From positions 3,584,001 through 3,648,000 of the forward strand of contig OY760937.1 in NCBI GenBank assembly GCA_963664225.1: 64,000 nt of DNA, in the 5' to 3' direction. This DNA comes from Verrucomicrobiia bacterium (lineage in GTDB: Bacteria; Verrucomicrobiota; Verrucomicrobiia; Limisphaerales; UBA1319). Position numbers and translations under genes: made by a program. The stretch's first letter is position 1. Each line of letters opens with the position of its first letter. The notes beneath the pieces are model-generated. The model did not search any database. It saw only the letters and a program-made list of their open reading frames with translations, and was not told the DNA's origin. Shown piece by piece: positions 8,951 to 18,762 of this stretch.

Positions 8951-10585
8951 ATGAAACGATTTCCTAAATATCCGGGCAAAATCCCTCAGTTGATGTGGAT
9001 TTGCGCGCTCTTATTCGCGACCGCAAACCGCCTGTCGGCTTTCGACACGGGGACGCACTTGAAGGGTATTCACCCAGGCGGGATGCCGCCCCAGCCGATC
9101 ATCACTTCCCTGAACCAGACGGGGCAGAATTTCACAATGACATGGGACGGTTTCAACGGTCCCTATCGGATTGAGGCCACCACCAACCTGCATGCGGGCC
9201 AATGGGAACTGATTGGTAGCCCCACCTATTTTTCGTCCAACACTTTCCAGGCTCCAAACCCGGCGATGGGCGTGATCCGCATTTCCGGTCCGGCGCCGAT
9301 CTTTGCCGGGGCGACCAACTGCACGACCTGCCACAAAAGCGTTCATACGGACTGGATGGGCACCACGCATGCGATTGCGCTGGAATCCCTGAAAAGGATC
9401 GGCATGGGGAACAACGCGTCGTGTCTGCCGTGCCACACCGTCGGTTATGGGCTTTCCACCGGTTTCAAAGATGAGGCCACCACGCCGCAGTTTGCGGGGG
9501 TGCAATGCGAGAATTGCCACGGTCCGGCGGCCGATCACGCCGCCAATCCAGCCGATCCGCTGACCATTCCGCGCAAGGAGATCGCCTCCACATTGTGCGG
9601 CGGCTGCCATTCGGGCGTCAACCATCCGACCTATGAGGAATGGTCGAAGTCCGGTCACGTTCGTGTCACGACCGTGCCGGCGGCCTATTTCTTAAATACC
9701 GATACCAACACCAGCGTGGCGCGGATGAATACCTGCGGTCCCTGCCATTCGGGGGCGGTGCGCCTCTCCATGATCGATGGTCGGCCATTGCCGTCGCCTG
9801 CAGAAGCCGCCGAGGTGGCCATCAATTGCATCATTTGTCACGAGCCTCATAAATCGACGGTCAACGGCCATCGCCTGCGCAGTCCTGAATACTCGACCAA
9901 TTTCTTTTCCTACAACACCGCCGCCACTTTTGCCTCGCAATACAATCCGGAAATCAACATGTGCGGCCAATGCCACAACGCGCGTGGCGCCAAAGTGACG
10001 GACAGCTCGCGTCCTCCGCACGGTTCTCCCCAATACAATATCCTGTTGGGTAATATCGGCGTGACGAACAACAATAAGCCGATTATGTCCCCGCACTGGA
10101 AGATTTCCAATCAATGCGCCCATTGCCACATGCAGCAGCGCACTGTGGATCATCCCACCGTGGAGAATCCGGTTCTCACCGGGCATTCCGCCCGGGTGGT
10201 GACCCTGGACACCTGCTTGGAGTGCCATGATTCGCCCCAGGATACGATGGATACGGTTCAAACGGACATCATCGCGCACATTTACATGATCAAGGGTTTG
10301 CTCGACCAGTGGGGCAAAACCAAGTCCAATCCCGCGCTGCGCGCAAAATACGGAGCGTTGGCCTGGGAATACACCGCAGCGGGTCCGCTCTCGAGTCCGG
10401 ATGGCTCCCTTTCAGGTCCCAGCGGCACCGAGCAGGGGCTCATAACACAGCCGATCAAGGATGCGCGCTTTAACCTGTATCTAATCGATCTGGACGGCAG
10501 TTATGGCGTGCATAACTCGGGGTATTCGTATTATTTGCTCAAGGTGGCCGAGGACAAAGTCAGGGCCGAATTGGCGAGGCCTTAG
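8951..10585 (+). CDS. Exported nonaheme c-type cytochrome with NrfA/HAO-superfamily-like helical C-terminus
   Basis: Signal peptide. Nine CxxCH (CTTCH, CLPCH, CENCH, CGGCH, CGPCH, CIICH, CGQCH, CAHCH, CLECH). C-terminal ARFN...DGSYGVHN. No CxxCK. Confidence 0.85.
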   Translation: MKRFPKYPGKIPQLMWICALLFATANRLSAFDTGTHLKGIHPGGMPPQPIITSLNQTGQNFTMTWDGFNGPYRIEATTNLHAGQWELIGSPTYFSSNTFQAPNPAMGVIRISGPAPIFAGATNCTTCHKSVHTDWMGTTHAIALESLKRIGMGNNASCLPCHTVGYGLSTGFKDEATTPQFAGVQCENCHGPAADHAANPADPLTIPRKEIASTLCGGCHSGVNHPTYEEWSKSGHVRVTTVPAAYFLNTDTNTSVARMNTCGPCHSGAVRLSMIDGRPLPSPAEAAEVAINCIICHEPHKSTVNGHRLRSPEYSTNFFSYNTAATFASQYNPEINMCGQCHNARGAKVTDSSRPPHGSPQYNILLGNIGVTNNNKPIMSPHWKISNQCAHCHMQQRTVDHPTVENPVLTGHSARVVTLDTCLECHDSPQDTMDTVQTDIIAHIYMIKGLLDQWGKTKSNPALRAKYGALAWEYTAAGPLSSPDGSLSGPSGTEQGLITQPIKDARFNLYLIDLDGSYGVHNSGYSYYLLKVAEDKVRAELARP

Positions 10586-10697
10586 CGCCCGTTTTATTAA
10601 ACAATGGACTCAGGGCTGAGAACTTAACGCGACGCATGCGGCCATGATTCCGGCGCATTGCGCGCAGGACGTGCCGCAACCAGTACAAATCACATTT

Positions 10698-11534
10698 ATG
10701 GGGAAAATCAAAAGGAATTGGAAAAGTCTTCTGGCATCGGCGCTGCTGGTGGCATCAGCGGCTTTTCTGGTTGTTTCCTGCGAAACGGTGCATCGAACCG
10801 TGGTGGTGCCGCCCAACATTCCAGGGGCGACTTTTGTGGGTTCGGATGCCTGCGCGCAATGTCACGAGAACATCACCCGGGACTTTCCCACGGCCACGCA
10901 TGCGCGATTGCGGGCGCAGGGGACCAACGCGTTCAACATGGGCTGCGAGTCCTGCCACGGACCCGGCAGTCTCCATGTGGAATCGGCGGGTGAGCGCAAA
11001 CTCTCCACAAACTTCAGCCCCGGCCAGCCCAGGGTGCGCTCGGGCAGCCAGCGGCAAACCATCGTCAATCCCCGGCGCAATGCGGACAACTGCTTCGACT
11101 GCCATCTGGACAAGCGGGGCCAGTTCGAATTGCCCAACCATCATCCTGTCCCTGAAGGCAAGGTGAGTTGCGGCGATTGCCATGACCCGCACAAGGGCCC
11201 GGCGGTCAAGGAGGGTGGAACCTCCCTGCTTTCAGAGAACGAGACCTGTGTGAAGTGCCATACGGCACAGCGCGGGCCTTTCGTGTTCGAGCACGAGGCC
11301 ATGCGGGAGGGCTGCATCACCTGCCACGATCCTCATGGAACGGTAAACGCCAAAATGCTGACCAGCCGCAACAGCACACTCTGTCTTAAGTGTCATTTCC
11401 AGCAGGTTCAGGGCGGGCGGATTTTGATCGGTGGATCAGACCATTCGCTGCGGTTATCCCAGGGCACCTGTTGGACGGGTGGCTGTCATGAGGCCATTCA
11501 TGGTTCCCAAGTCAATTCATCGCTGCGGTTTTAA
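10698..11534 (+). CDS. MtrA/DmsE-like multiheme cytochrome c (7 CxxCH + 1 CX4CH), probable lipoprotein
   Basis: CESCHGPGSLH, HHPVPEGKVSCGDCHDPH, GPFVFEHEAMREGCITCHDPHG are MtrA/DmsE-type segments. Terminal CWTGGCHEAIHGS. Lipobox-like VVSC. Confidence 0.85.
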   Translation: MGKIKRNWKSLLASALLVASAAFLVVSCETVHRTVVVPPNIPGATFVGSDACAQCHENITRDFPTATHARLRAQGTNAFNMGCESCHGPGSLHVESAGERKLSTNFSPGQPRVRSGSQRQTIVNPRRNADNCFDCHLDKRGQFELPNHHPVPEGKVSCGDCHDPHKGPAVKEGGTSLLSENETCVKCHTAQRGPFVFEHEAMREGCITCHDPHGTVNAKMLTSRNSTLCLKCHFQQVQGGRILIGGSDHSLRLSQGTCWTGGCHEAIHGSQVNSSLRF

Positions 11535-11548
11535 CCCTTGGAAAACAC

Positions 11549-13825
11549 GTGAAAACCATCCAACCCCATCCGGCACTCTGGTCGCGCCTCAAGCGGTGGA
11601 GCCGTTTCTGTCTGGCCGCCTGTTTGCTGAGTCCCCTGGGCGCGTGCGCTGATGACGCCGCCGCAGATGCCAAAAAGCCCGCGGACGCCGCCAAGCCGGC
11701 CGCCGCCGCGCCTGCCGAACCGGCTGCCGCCGACAGCGCAAAGACTCCTGCCGCGCCAGAAACCAAGCCTGCGGACGCAACAGAGGCCAAGCCGGCCGCC
11801 ACTCCCGCAGACGCGGAGAAAAAAAAGGATTCCGCCGAGGCTGAAAAGCCCGCCGAAACCACCGATGAAGGTGTGCCGCAGTTTAACAACTGGATGGAGT
11901 TTTCCACAGGCGGGGTCATCTCCGACGGCAACGGGGCGGCGTTTCGCCAGCGGCACTGGATCAAGGACGATCCGTTTGGCGGTCTTGAGGACATGCACTA
12001 CGAGACCAAGGTCGGGAAAAAGGACTTTTTCCAAATCGACGGCCGGGCCTTGTTCGACAACCACGATTACAACGTCCGGATGGAATTGGTCCGTCCCGAC
12101 TTCGGTTTCGTTCGTGGCGGTTTCACCGAATATCGCACCTGGTATGACGGCAATGGCGGATTTTTCCCCGCAACCGGCACGTGGATGAATTTGTTCGACG
12201 ACGCCCTGCATGTGGACCGGGGCGAGGCGTGGATCGAGACCGGATTGAATCTGCCCAAGTATCCGAGCATCACGCTCAAATACAGTCATCAATTTCGCGA
12301 GGGCCAGAAGGACTCCACCGCGTGGGGCTATGCGCATCCGTATGGAGCGGGTCCGGTGCGCGGTATTGCGCCATCGTTCTGGGATCTCGATGAGACGCGG
12401 GACACCGTGCAGATCGATTCGAAATACACCATCAAAAAGACGGACCTGGGCATCGGCCTGCGCTATGAAAGGACGGATGACAATAACGCCCTGAAATCGG
12501 TTCAGTGGCCCGGAGAAAGCACCCAGACATTCATGACCCAGAAAGAGGGGGTGAAGTCCGATTTGTTCAATGTCCACGCCTTTACCGAAACCCGGCTGAA
12601 CGAAAAAGTGCGTTTCTCCTCCGGCTATTCCTTCACCACCATGGACACGGACCTGTCCGGCAGCCGTGTTTACGGGGCGGATTACGATGTCGGCTACAGC
12701 ATGCCTCTGGCCACCTCCCTGGGCTACCTGGCGCTGACCGGCGGCAGCCAGTTGAACGATTACCTCATGAACCTGAACCTCATGTGGACTCCGGTGAAGT
12801 CGTTTTCCATCGTGCCTTCTCTGCGTGTCGAAAAGCAGGAGTTGGACAGCGTGTCGTCGTTTCTTCAAACCGGTGGCGGCTCGATCATGAACGACCAGCA
12901 AATGGGCGCCGCCAGCGCGCGCAATCTGCTGGAAGTGGCCGAGCGGCTTGAGATGAAATATACCGGGGTCACCAATTGGGTGTTTTACGCCCGGGGCGAC
13001 TGGACGGAAGGGGACGGCGATTTGCGCGAAAACGGCGGCGGCGGTCTGTCGGGTCCCATTCTGCGTTTCACAAAAGATGAACGCTTTATTCAGCGCTATA
13101 CGGCGGGGGCCAACTGGTATCCCTTGCGCCGATTGAACGTCGATTTCCAGTATTACCACAAGATGCGGGATAATGATTTCGATCACCAGATCGACAACAC
13201 GCCCAATGACAGCACGGAACGTTATCCGGCCTACCTGTTGGTTCAAAATTTTGAAACAGACGATGCCAACATGCGCGTCACGGTGCGCCCGCTCAACAAT
13301 GTGACACTGGTCTCGCGCTATGACTTCCAGCTATCGAGCATCAACACCACGCCGGATTCCATTTCCGGCCTGGGCGATGTGCAAAGCTCGGAGGTTGAAT
13401 CGCATATACTGGGGCAGAACGTCACCTGGGTGCCCTGGAAACGGCTGTTCTGGCAGGGAGGCATCAATTATGTCTGGAGCAAGACCTCCACTCCTGCGAG
13501 CCAATACACGCAGGCGGTGCTGGATTCGCAGAATAATTACTGGGACCTGAGTTCCACCGCGGGCTTCATCATCGATGACAAGACCGATCTGCAGGCCCAC
13601 TACTTCTTTTATCGCGCGAATAATTACGAAGGGCCATCCGCTTATATTCCATACGGAGCGGGCGCCCGGGAGAACGGTGTGACCCTGACCCTGACCCGGA
13701 AACTCCGTGAGAATTTGCGGATCACCTGCAAATACGGTTACTTCGATTACACCGATGAAACCTCCGGCGGCCACAACGACTACGCGGCGCACCTGATCTA
13801 TACGAGCCTGCAATATCGGTTCTGA
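11549..13825 (+). CDS. MtrB/PioB-like outer-membrane beta-barrel porin with Ala/Pro/Lys-rich N-terminal linker
   Basis: Signal peptide, ~70-aa PAK-rich linker, long amphipathic beta pattern rich in Y/F/W, C-terminal beta-signal YTSLQYRF. Lies directly after the MtrA-like gene. Confidence 0.8.
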   Translation: MKTIQPHPALWSRLKRWSRFCLAACLLSPLGACADDAAADAKKPADAAKPAAAAPAEPAAADSAKTPAAPETKPADATEAKPAATPADAEKKKDSAEAEKPAETTDEGVPQFNNWMEFSTGGVISDGNGAAFRQRHWIKDDPFGGLEDMHYETKVGKKDFFQIDGRALFDNHDYNVRMELVRPDFGFVRGGFTEYRTWYDGNGGFFPATGTWMNLFDDALHVDRGEAWIETGLNLPKYPSITLKYSHQFREGQKDSTAWGYAHPYGAGPVRGIAPSFWDLDETRDTVQIDSKYTIKKTDLGIGLRYERTDDNNALKSVQWPGESTQTFMTQKEGVKSDLFNVHAFTETRLNEKVRFSSGYSFTTMDTDLSGSRVYGADYDVGYSMPLATSLGYLALTGGSQLNDYLMNLNLMWTPVKSFSIVPSLRVEKQELDSVSSFLQTGGGSIMNDQQMGAASARNLLEVAERLEMKYTGVTNWVFYARGDWTEGDGDLRENGGGGLSGPILRFTKDERFIQRYTAGANWYPLRRLNVDFQYYHKMRDNDFDHQIDNTPNDSTERYPAYLLVQNFETDDANMRVTVRPLNNVTLVSRYDFQLSSINTTPDSISGLGDVQSSEVESHILGQNVTWVPWKRLFWQGGINYVWSKTSTPASQYTQAVLDSQNNYWDLSSTAGFIIDDKTDLQAHYFFYRANNYEGPSAYIPYGAGARENGVTLTLTRKLRENLRITCKYGYFDYTDETSGGHNDYAAHLIYTSLQYRF

Positions 13826-14217
13826 GCCGACTCTGAGCGCTGGGGATTGTTCCAAGACAAACCAGGCACTCGAATGATCGCATGGGTTGGTGGTGCGGTT
13901 TGGTCCTCAAACGATCCCGAGCCGTCGCAGAATCTGAATCGTCCAAGTCGCCAATTGACCTGCGAGGCCTTGCAAACATGGGTGCCGGGATGGCCCGAAA
14001 ACTGGGACGAGTTTCCGCTTGATCTGAGATTTTCGCATGATAAAAATTAAGTAATGCATTTAGGCCGGAAAATAATCTTAACGATCGCGCGAGTGTTGAG
14101 TGTCGAGTGTCAAAAAGCGGCTTTCCATCCATTGCTTCAGAGTAATGCCTGTTGAACGAAGCTGTATTTCAATAAATTACATTTTCACCCTGGCCTTCAG
14201 ATTATAAAAATAAAGTT

Positions 14218-14961
14218 ATGAGTCATAAGCACGGAGAGGCTGTGTGGTATAACATACACCCGGACAAGGATGTGCTTCATGATCATCCCTGGGGAGACAT
14301 GTCGCAGGTGACCAATGCGGCCGCCATAATTTCATTGCTTCCAAAAGCCCCCTGCAAAGTTCTCGATGCGGGATGCGCCGATGGCCATCTTTCGCATTTC
14401 ATGTCGCTGTGCGGTTACGAAGTCACTGGCGGTGACGTTTGCGAAGATGTTTTGAACACCTCCAGAAGTCTGCAGGTTAAATGGAACAAGAAGACATCGA
14501 CGGCACAATTCAAAGTGCTCGATTATGATGAACTGCCCATCAACGAATGGGATGCCATCGTGTTTTCGGGATCGTTGCATCACAGCCGCGACCAGGTAAA
14601 AACCCTGAGATCAGCCTACAACGCCCTGAAACCAGGCGGCGTTCTGGTGGCCAGCGAGCCAGGGATGTTCCATGGTTCAAGTCATTTTGCCAAAGACTGG
14701 GCCGATAAAATGGATGTCACAGAAGAATCGACTCCTCCTTGGAGGACGGCTTTCCGCGGATGGCAGATTGGATTCAGGAAGATCAAAGTATATCCCAATC
14801 CGGTCACACTCCACAAGGTGGCCTATCAGTTGGACGGGCTGACCACGCATCCGTTTATTAGAACCATCCTGAGCATTCCTTTCGGGCTTCAGGCGGTGGT
14901 GTCTGCGAAATGGCTGCATGGTTTGATCCGGATGCAAAAGATACTCCCGAGTCAAAATTAA
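14218..14961 (+). CDS. Class I SAM-dependent methyltransferase
   Basis: VLDAGCADG, WDAIVFSGSLHH, LKPGGVLVASEP. Confidence 0.85.
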   Translation: MSHKHGEAVWYNIHPDKDVLHDHPWGDMSQVTNAAAIISLLPKAPCKVLDAGCADGHLSHFMSLCGYEVTGGDVCEDVLNTSRSLQVKWNKKTSTAQFKVLDYDELPINEWDAIVFSGSLHHSRDQVKTLRSAYNALKPGGVLVASEPGMFHGSSHFAKDWADKMDVTEESTPPWRTAFRGWQIGFRKIKVYPNPVTLHKVAYQLDGLTTHPFIRTILSIPFGLQAVVSAKWLHGLIRMQKILPSQN

Positions 14962-15070
14962 GGGCTGAAAGCCTGATCTGCGGCAGTCTGGGTTACAGCG
15001 AGTCCGCGAGCGAAAGCCCAGGTCATGCCACATCAAAAATATTTCCCACGGCCTGTAAGGCCGGGACACC
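14961..15070. repeat. REP-like tripartite hairpin element (left flank of transposase)
   Basis: AGGGCTGAAAGCCTG / GTCTGGGTTACAGCGAGTCCGCGAGCGAAAGCCCAGG / CGGCCTGTAAGGCCG. Inverted copy at 15559-15659. Confidence 0.8.
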
Positions 15071-15095
15071 AACACCACGATATTTTTGTTCCATT

Positions 15096-15548
15096 TCAAA
15101 CCCACGCATATCGTTCATCCAATGGATTGCCATTCCTGGCGCAAAACCGGCGGTATTCCGTTTGGAAATCTTCCGTTTTATGATGCTCGTCCTGATTCTG
15201 GATATATTTTCGCACTGCCTCCACATGCGCGGCGCTGACACTGAACGCGCCATAACCAGCCTGCCATGCGAAATCCGAATACCACGCATCTTTTGTTTTC
15301 AGCCAGCCTGATGCGGAGGATTTCACCGGCTCGATGATTTTTACCAGGGCGTGGTTTTTTGATTGCGCAAAATGGATATGCACATGGTCGCGCACGGAAT
15401 TGATTTCGAGGAGCGGCGACTCGTGATTGTTCAAAATGCTGGCAATATAGGCGTGGAGTTGTCCGCGTTCCTCGTCGCGAAGGAGCGGTCTCCGAACTTT
15501 GGTGCTAAAGACCAGGTGAACGATGGTGTTTACCAGAGATTGAGACAT
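15096..15548 (-). mobile_element. tnpA: IS200/IS605-type Y1 HUH transposase (TnpA/RAYT-like), no tnpB
   Basis: HLVFSTK, DHVHI (HUH), WQAGYGAFSVS, catalytic YIQNQ..HH. Confidence 0.92.
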
Positions 15549-15558
15549 AGAAATATTT

Positions 15559-15659
15559 CGCCCTTAACAGGGCTCATAATTCATGATTCGTTCCTGCCCT
15601 GGGCCTGCGCTCGCGGACTCGCTCCAGCCCAGGCCATAAAATTACTGCCCTGCGGGCTT
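15559..15659. repeat. REP-like tripartite hairpin element (right flank, inverted)
   Basis: CCTGGGCCTGCGCTCGCGGACTCGCTCCAGCCCAGGC is the near reverse complement of the left-flank core. Confidence 0.8.
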
Positions 15660-15742
15660 GGTATTGGCGTAATTGGGATCATCCCATAGACGCAAATACC
15701 CAGGGCCCGTCTCCTTTGAAACGGTCCCTGTCGGAAAACGGA

Positions 15743-17188
15743 TTAATGTCCGCCGGCCATTTTCACTTCCGGCATGGTTTTCGAACCATTGCCGGAGTTC
15801 TTCCCGCTGTTGATGGATTCAGCCTTGCTGTATTTGGACCAGTTAAAGGCGTAGAAGGCCACGAAAGCGAAGCAGAACATCGGGACAATGAAACCACGGG
15901 AGATGTCGTATTTGTCGCCGACCGCGCCCATAACCTTGGGCAGAATCGCGCCGCCCATGATCGCCATCACCAGATAGGCCGAGGCTTTCTTGGCACGGGC
16001 GCCCAGACCGAAAATGCCCAGGGCAAAGATCGTGGGGAACATGATCGACATGAAGAAATAGCTCAGGAAAACGCATGCGACCGACAGCCAGCCCAGTTTG
16101 CAGAAGACCAGCAGGGTGGCCAGCACATTGAGGACGCCGTAGAGGCACAACACTTTGTGCGCCGCGAATTTCTTAAGCAACGCCGCGCCGCTGATGCGTC
16201 CCAGCAGGAAACAAATAAAGGCCACGGAGGCGAGGTTCGCCGCGCCCTTGTCGCTGATATGCCGCACGCCGCCTTTGCCGACTTCAATCCATCCCTGCAA
16301 CCAGCCTTGCAGGAATCCAGAATTGGAGGCCAGCGTGGCCATGGCGGATTCCCATGATTCGGGAATGGCCGGGACCTGCGAGACGCCGGTTTGCGCGGAG
16401 ACGGTCATGTAATTGATGAAAAAGCTGAAGATACCGGCCTGGGCGGCGACATAAAAGAACTGTGCGGCCACAGCCATCGAAAAGTGCGGGTGCAACCAGA
16501 TGGAGTGCGACGTCCCGGGCGTGGTGTCGTCCAGATGATAGTCGTCCTCGGTCTTGATATCGGGAACGTTGGCAAAGTAGAAGATCACGGCCAGGACAAT
16601 GACCACAATGGCCACCGCAACGTAAGGGATATAGAGAGTCTGGCTGCCGGTGCTGTTACCGGCGGCATCCTTTGAATAAAAATACATGCTGCCCGCGATG
16701 GGTCCCAGAATCCAGCCGACGCCGTTGCAGGATTGGGCCAGATTGATGCGGGTTGCGGCGAAGCGGGAATCCCCCAGCACAGTGGTGTAGGGATTGGCCA
16801 CGGTTTCCAGGAAGGTCAGACCCGAGGCAATGACGCAGACGCCCAGCAGGAAGGCCCAGAAGGCGGCGATTTGTGTGGCGCCAATGAACCAAAAGCCGCC
16901 GACCGCGACCAGGAGCAGACCAGAGATGATGCCGCCCTTATAACCCAGCCGACTGGCCAGGAATCCCGCGGGCAGGGACATCAGGAAGTAGCCCAGATAG
17001 TGGGCGAATTGCACCCAGGCCGACTGCGACAAGGTCAAATGCAACTCCTGCTGGAAATGCTTATCCATCACGTCGATCATCCCGTTGCAAAATCCCCAAA
17101 GGAGAAAGAGCGAGCTGACAATCGCGAAGGTGAAGACGACGTTTTTTCCGTCGGCCGTAACGAACATGCTTTTTTTATTGCTGCTCAT
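15743..17188 (-). CDS. fucP: MFS sugar:H+ symporter, FucP family
   Basis: LFLLWGF, ETVANPY, RINLAQSCNGVG, SIMFPTIF motifs and 12 TM. Confidence 0.88.
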   Translation of the reverse strand: MSSNKKSMFVTADGKNVVFTFAIVSSLFLLWGFCNGMIDVMDKHFQQELHLTLSQSAWVQFAHYLGYFLMSLPAGFLASRLGYKGGIISGLLLVAVGGFWFIGATQIAAFWAFLLGVCVIASGLTFLETVANPYTTVLGDSRFAATRINLAQSCNGVGWILGPIAGSMYFYSKDAAGNSTGSQTLYIPYVAVAIVVIVLAVIFYFANVPDIKTEDDYHLDDTTPGTSHSIWLHPHFSMAVAAQFFYVAAQAGIFSFFINYMTVSAQTGVSQVPAIPESWESAMATLASNSGFLQGWLQGWIEVGKGGVRHISDKGAANLASVAFICFLLGRISGAALLKKFAAHKVLCLYGVLNVLATLLVFCKLGWLSVACVFLSYFFMSIMFPTIFALGIFGLGARAKKASAYLVMAIMGGAILPKVMGAVGDKYDISRGFIVPMFCFAFVAFYAFNWSKYSKAESINSGKNSGNGSKTMPEVKMAGGH

Positions 17189-17221
17189 AAAAGATATGGG
17201 CTTGAAAGTATTCTTAAATGG

Positions 17222-18442
17222 TTATTTCACGAATGCGGTCTTGATCTCGGCCAGCGAAACCCCGAGCACGGCTTTGGAGATTTTATCCAGCGAGGCCTCG
17301 TCTCCGGTCAAATGCATCGTGCGATGGATGTGGGAGAGACTTCGGCCCGGAGCCAGCGCCGCCGCGGGAGAGGAGGATTCGATTTCGTAGAACGGCCCCA
17401 TCGGTTTTGCGCCGGGGGTGGGCGGGCCGTCGTTGTAGCTGTTGGCCGCGTCGCCGCCGTAGGGGTTGTCCTGGAGCTTCCAGAGGGAATTCACATAATC
17501 GGTCACGCCCTTGGGCTGGTTGAATTGCACGATTGTGAGAACCTTGTGCTCCGCATCGTAACTGCCCAGCACGGATTTGCTGCGTTTGGGATTGAGGCCG
17601 ATCTTGCTGCGGTATTTGCCGTCCGCCGAGAGAAACACAACATTGTCTTTTACGACCAAACGATCTTCGGGAATGCTGCCGAAATAATCCGACGTCACCT
17701 TCACGCCAAGCTCTGATTCAGGACCGGATTTGATGGGCGCGACAATGGTTGTGGAGGGTCCCGGTGTGAACATGCCGAGGATCCAGACGGAGAGCAGGCC
17801 GGTTTCCTTTTTCCAGGCTTCCTTGCCGTTGTTGATGATCCGATTGTTGGATTCGTAGGCCACCAGGATCACGTCCTTGATTGGCGAAATTTTCAGATTG
17901 CGCCAGGCGGTCGCGGTATTCAGCAGGCGGACGTCCCGTTTGACGGCGACATCGAATTTCGTTCCCGAGTAATTGGTCAGGGAAAACTCGGCGCCAAACA
18001 AAACCTTGTCGGTGGATTTGCTGATGACCTTGAAGGGCAGGGTGTCGAAGATCGCGGGCGTGAACCAGTTGGCGAAATCGAACTTCACCCCTTTTTCAAA
18101 AAAGATGGAGAATTGGCCGCCTTCCGGCCCCATCCAGAAACGGTCCTCACCGCCGAAGGCGTTCATGTGCGGGAGTATTTTCCCGGATTCAATGAGTTCG
18201 CGGTTGATCCAGCCGTAGCTCAGGCCCGCGTCGCCCCCTGCGGCGCTCGTCATCACGCGGCCCTGCCATGCGGGCACCACGGCCACCTTGGCGTCGCCCT
18301 GCTTGTCCTTGAGCACGATGATGTCGGTGTGCTTTTCCAGAAATGCGGTGTCTTCGCCGAAGTTGGCGGCGGACACTCCTTGAGAGAGCGACAAAGCCGT
18401 TGTCAGAATTGCCAAAAATGTTGAGGCGGGTTTCTTATTCAT
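17222..18442 (-). CDS. Exported conserved protein (DUF6786-like)
   Basis: Signal peptide, QGRVMTS, FGGEDRFWMGPEGGQFS, YNDGP...GPFYEIESSSPA. Confidence 0.7.
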   Translation of the reverse strand: MNKKPASTFLAILTTALSLSQGVSAANFGEDTAFLEKHTDIIVLKDKQGDAKVAVVPAWQGRVMTSAAGGDAGLSYGWINRELIESGKILPHMNAFGGEDRFWMGPEGGQFSIFFEKGVKFDFANWFTPAIFDTLPFKVISKSTDKVLFGAEFSLTNYSGTKFDVAVKRDVRLLNTATAWRNLKISPIKDVILVAYESNNRIINNGKEAWKKETGLLSVWILGMFTPGPSTTIVAPIKSGPESELGVKVTSDYFGSIPEDRLVVKDNVVFLSADGKYRSKIGLNPKRSKSVLGSYDAEHKVLTIVQFNQPKGVTDYVNSLWKLQDNPYGGDAANSYNDGPPTPGAKPMGPFYEIESSSPAAALAPGRSLSHIHRTMHLTGDEASLDKISKAVLGVSLAEIKTAFVK

Positions 18443-18762
18443 AAAGAGCCATGCGGGGACATTCCGCGTATATGTTTGTATTTTACTGAGGTCCAATTGG
18501 ATACAGCCTGCGATTCAGGCGTGGCAACGGGACTGCGCACATCCGCAAACACCAAACCGCCCGGTGTCAGCCGATGGAGCTTGTCGTATGGTCTGGCAGA
18601 ACTCATGCGCAATAAAAAACGTGGACGATCTCGCGAGTCTGCCTCGCCGGGCTCGCGTTGGCAATATGGGAATAAGCGTCCCATTGGAAATTTAGAAACT
18701 AATCCATCGGGCGGCTGCGTACTGAATTGACAGGTCGGCCCGTGTCTGACACCAAGGTGGGC

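Noticed and set aside
8951..10585. NrfA nitrite reductase call
   Set aside because: No CxxCK catalytic motif, and nine rather than five hemes.
11650..11870. Repeat array
   Set aside because: Degenerate coding repeats of the Ala/Pro/Lys linker of the porin, not spaced DNA repeats.
14091..14111. GAGTGT(T/C) x3 heptamer tandem
   Set aside because: Too short to interpret; probably a remnant of a repeat element.
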